Assembly: GCA_013214265.1 (NCBI GenBank)
Contig: JABSSK010000002.1
Coordinates: forward strand, 1-48,803
Length of the DNA: 48,803 nt
Source of the DNA: Saprospiraceae bacterium
GTDB lineage: Bacteria > Bacteroidota > Bacteroidia > Chitinophagales > Saprospiraceae
Direction: 5' to 3'
The position numbers and the translations under genes were made by a program. Shown here one piece after another: positions 47,978-48,803 of the stretch. Numbering within the stretch: position 1 is the stretch's first letter; every line of letters starts with the position of its first letter. A model generated the notes under the pieces. It saw nothing but the letters and a program-made list of their open reading frames with translations. It had not been told where the DNA came from and made no database searches.

Positions 47978-48803
47978 ATGAACCATTATATCATTCTTGT
48001 ATTTTTAGTCCTAACCTTTGGATGTAATTCAGAACCTTCCAATCTTGATGTCTTACGACCACAAGATCCTTGGGTCTTCTCATCCCAACTGGATGGTAAA
48101 CCAGATATAGTCACCATTGCCCTTCACGAAGATCTTTGGATCGCTTATCATACTACAAATGCTTCATTCTATAAGGCTTGGAGAGGTGGAGCTAATTTTG
48201 ATAGTGCAGTAAGCACAACCTTGTACGGTTCGCAGCCTAGCTCAATAGGAAATGGTTATTGCGAAAATAGCATTGATAACCCATGGCTAGTGGAAATAGG
48301 AGGGGCTGCTGTCAGACAACGTATTGAATTCAAAGAGTATCAACTAGTTGGTGGCGAAGTAATTATTAAATACGATATTATTTTGCCCGATCACGAAGAC
48401 GTTATCCACGTACAAGAAAAACCAGAAGTCTTCTTCTCAGAATCTGGTAACATAGGTTTAGAAAGAATATTCACCTTTTCAAATGTGCCCCGAGATACTG
48501 ATTTCTTTTTTGGGTTTAACTTATCATCTATCGCTTCAAGAAGTAGTATCGAGTCAAATGGGGATGTTCTGTTCACTAGACAAATTGATCGGTCCGTTGG
48601 TGAAATTGAAACGGTCGATCTGGCAGGAACATTAAGAATGACCCCCGGAGAACCTACATATCTACGAACATTATTTACAGAACCAACCCTTATTAATGAA
48701 AATGAAATAGTAGATGCTGAAGGAGAGGAAAATCAAGACTTACAAAATCGTCTGATTTCTCAAAATGGCTGCGAAAACTGCAACAATACTTTAAGCGAAA
48801 CAG
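47978..48803 (+). CDS. Lipoprotein, 3' end cut by window edge; N-terminal region resembles that of Bacteroidota/PVC heme-binding dehydrogenase-associated proteins
   Basis: Not in the supplied ORF track. I translated it codon by codon: ATG 47978, MNHYIILVFLVLTFGCNSEP (lipobox), no stop through nt 48803 (275 codons). DPWVFSSQLDGKP...LWIAYHTTNASFYKAWRGGANFDSAV matches a pattern I associate with c-type-cytochrome-containing proteins. Confidence 0.7.
   Translation, partial: MNHYIILVFLVLTFGCNSEPSNLDVLRPQDPWVFSSQLDGKPDIVTIALHEDLWIAYHTTNASFYKAWRGGANFDSAVSTTLYGSQPSSIGNGYCENSIDNPWLVEIGGAAVRQRIEFKEYQLVGGEVIIKYDIILPDHEDVIHVQEKPEVFFSESGNIGLERIFTFSNVPRDTDFFFGFNLSSIASRSSIESNGDVLFTRQIDRSVGEIETVDLAGTLRMTPGEPTYLRTLFTEPTLINENEIVDAEGEENQDLQNRLISQNGCENCNNTLSET

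Overview
The window reads as a gene-dense, moderately AT-rich chromosomal segment. It is probably from a Bacteroidota-type bacterium. That call is an inference from gene content (LolC/E-type permease, KirBac channel, short mitochondrial-type aconitase, TAT-dependent GMC oxidoreductase trio), TAnnTTTG-type -7 boxes, and the general absence of Shine-Dalgarno sequences. I support 41 protein-coding genes, and most of them are housekeeping or envelope functions. These include ligA, dnaB, an rluB-like gene, ppgK, aconitase, mscL, two cyclophilins, an ABC-2 exporter, a five-gene RND efflux operon, an ECF sigma module, a Rieske oxygenase, a CotH protein and an orphan histidine kinase. I found no rRNA, tRNA, CRISPR array, integrase or prophage genes. 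Two ORFs run off the window edges: nt 1..1265, and 47978..48803, which is absent from the supplied ORF track. I do not see a clear-cut novel multi-gene system. The observations most worth a second look are:
- a RAYT-type tyrosine transposase bracketed by identical perfect palindromes (a REPtron-like unit, 47.09-47.87 kb);
- an orphan protein with two HMGA-like AT-hook repeats encoded by a perfect 45-bp tandem duplication, preceded by three 19-bp-phased direct repeats (37.2-38.2 kb);
- a glutamate-cysteine-ligase-family-2/CBS fusion protein;
- an RND operon with a deoxyribonucleotidase gene and a GtrA gene between the pump and its TolC, preceded by a 683-bp ORF-free leader;
- an orphan plus-strand -7 box and terminator pair that could define a small RNA (18.9-19.1 kb).
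All functional calls come from motif and family recognition by eye. No database search was run.
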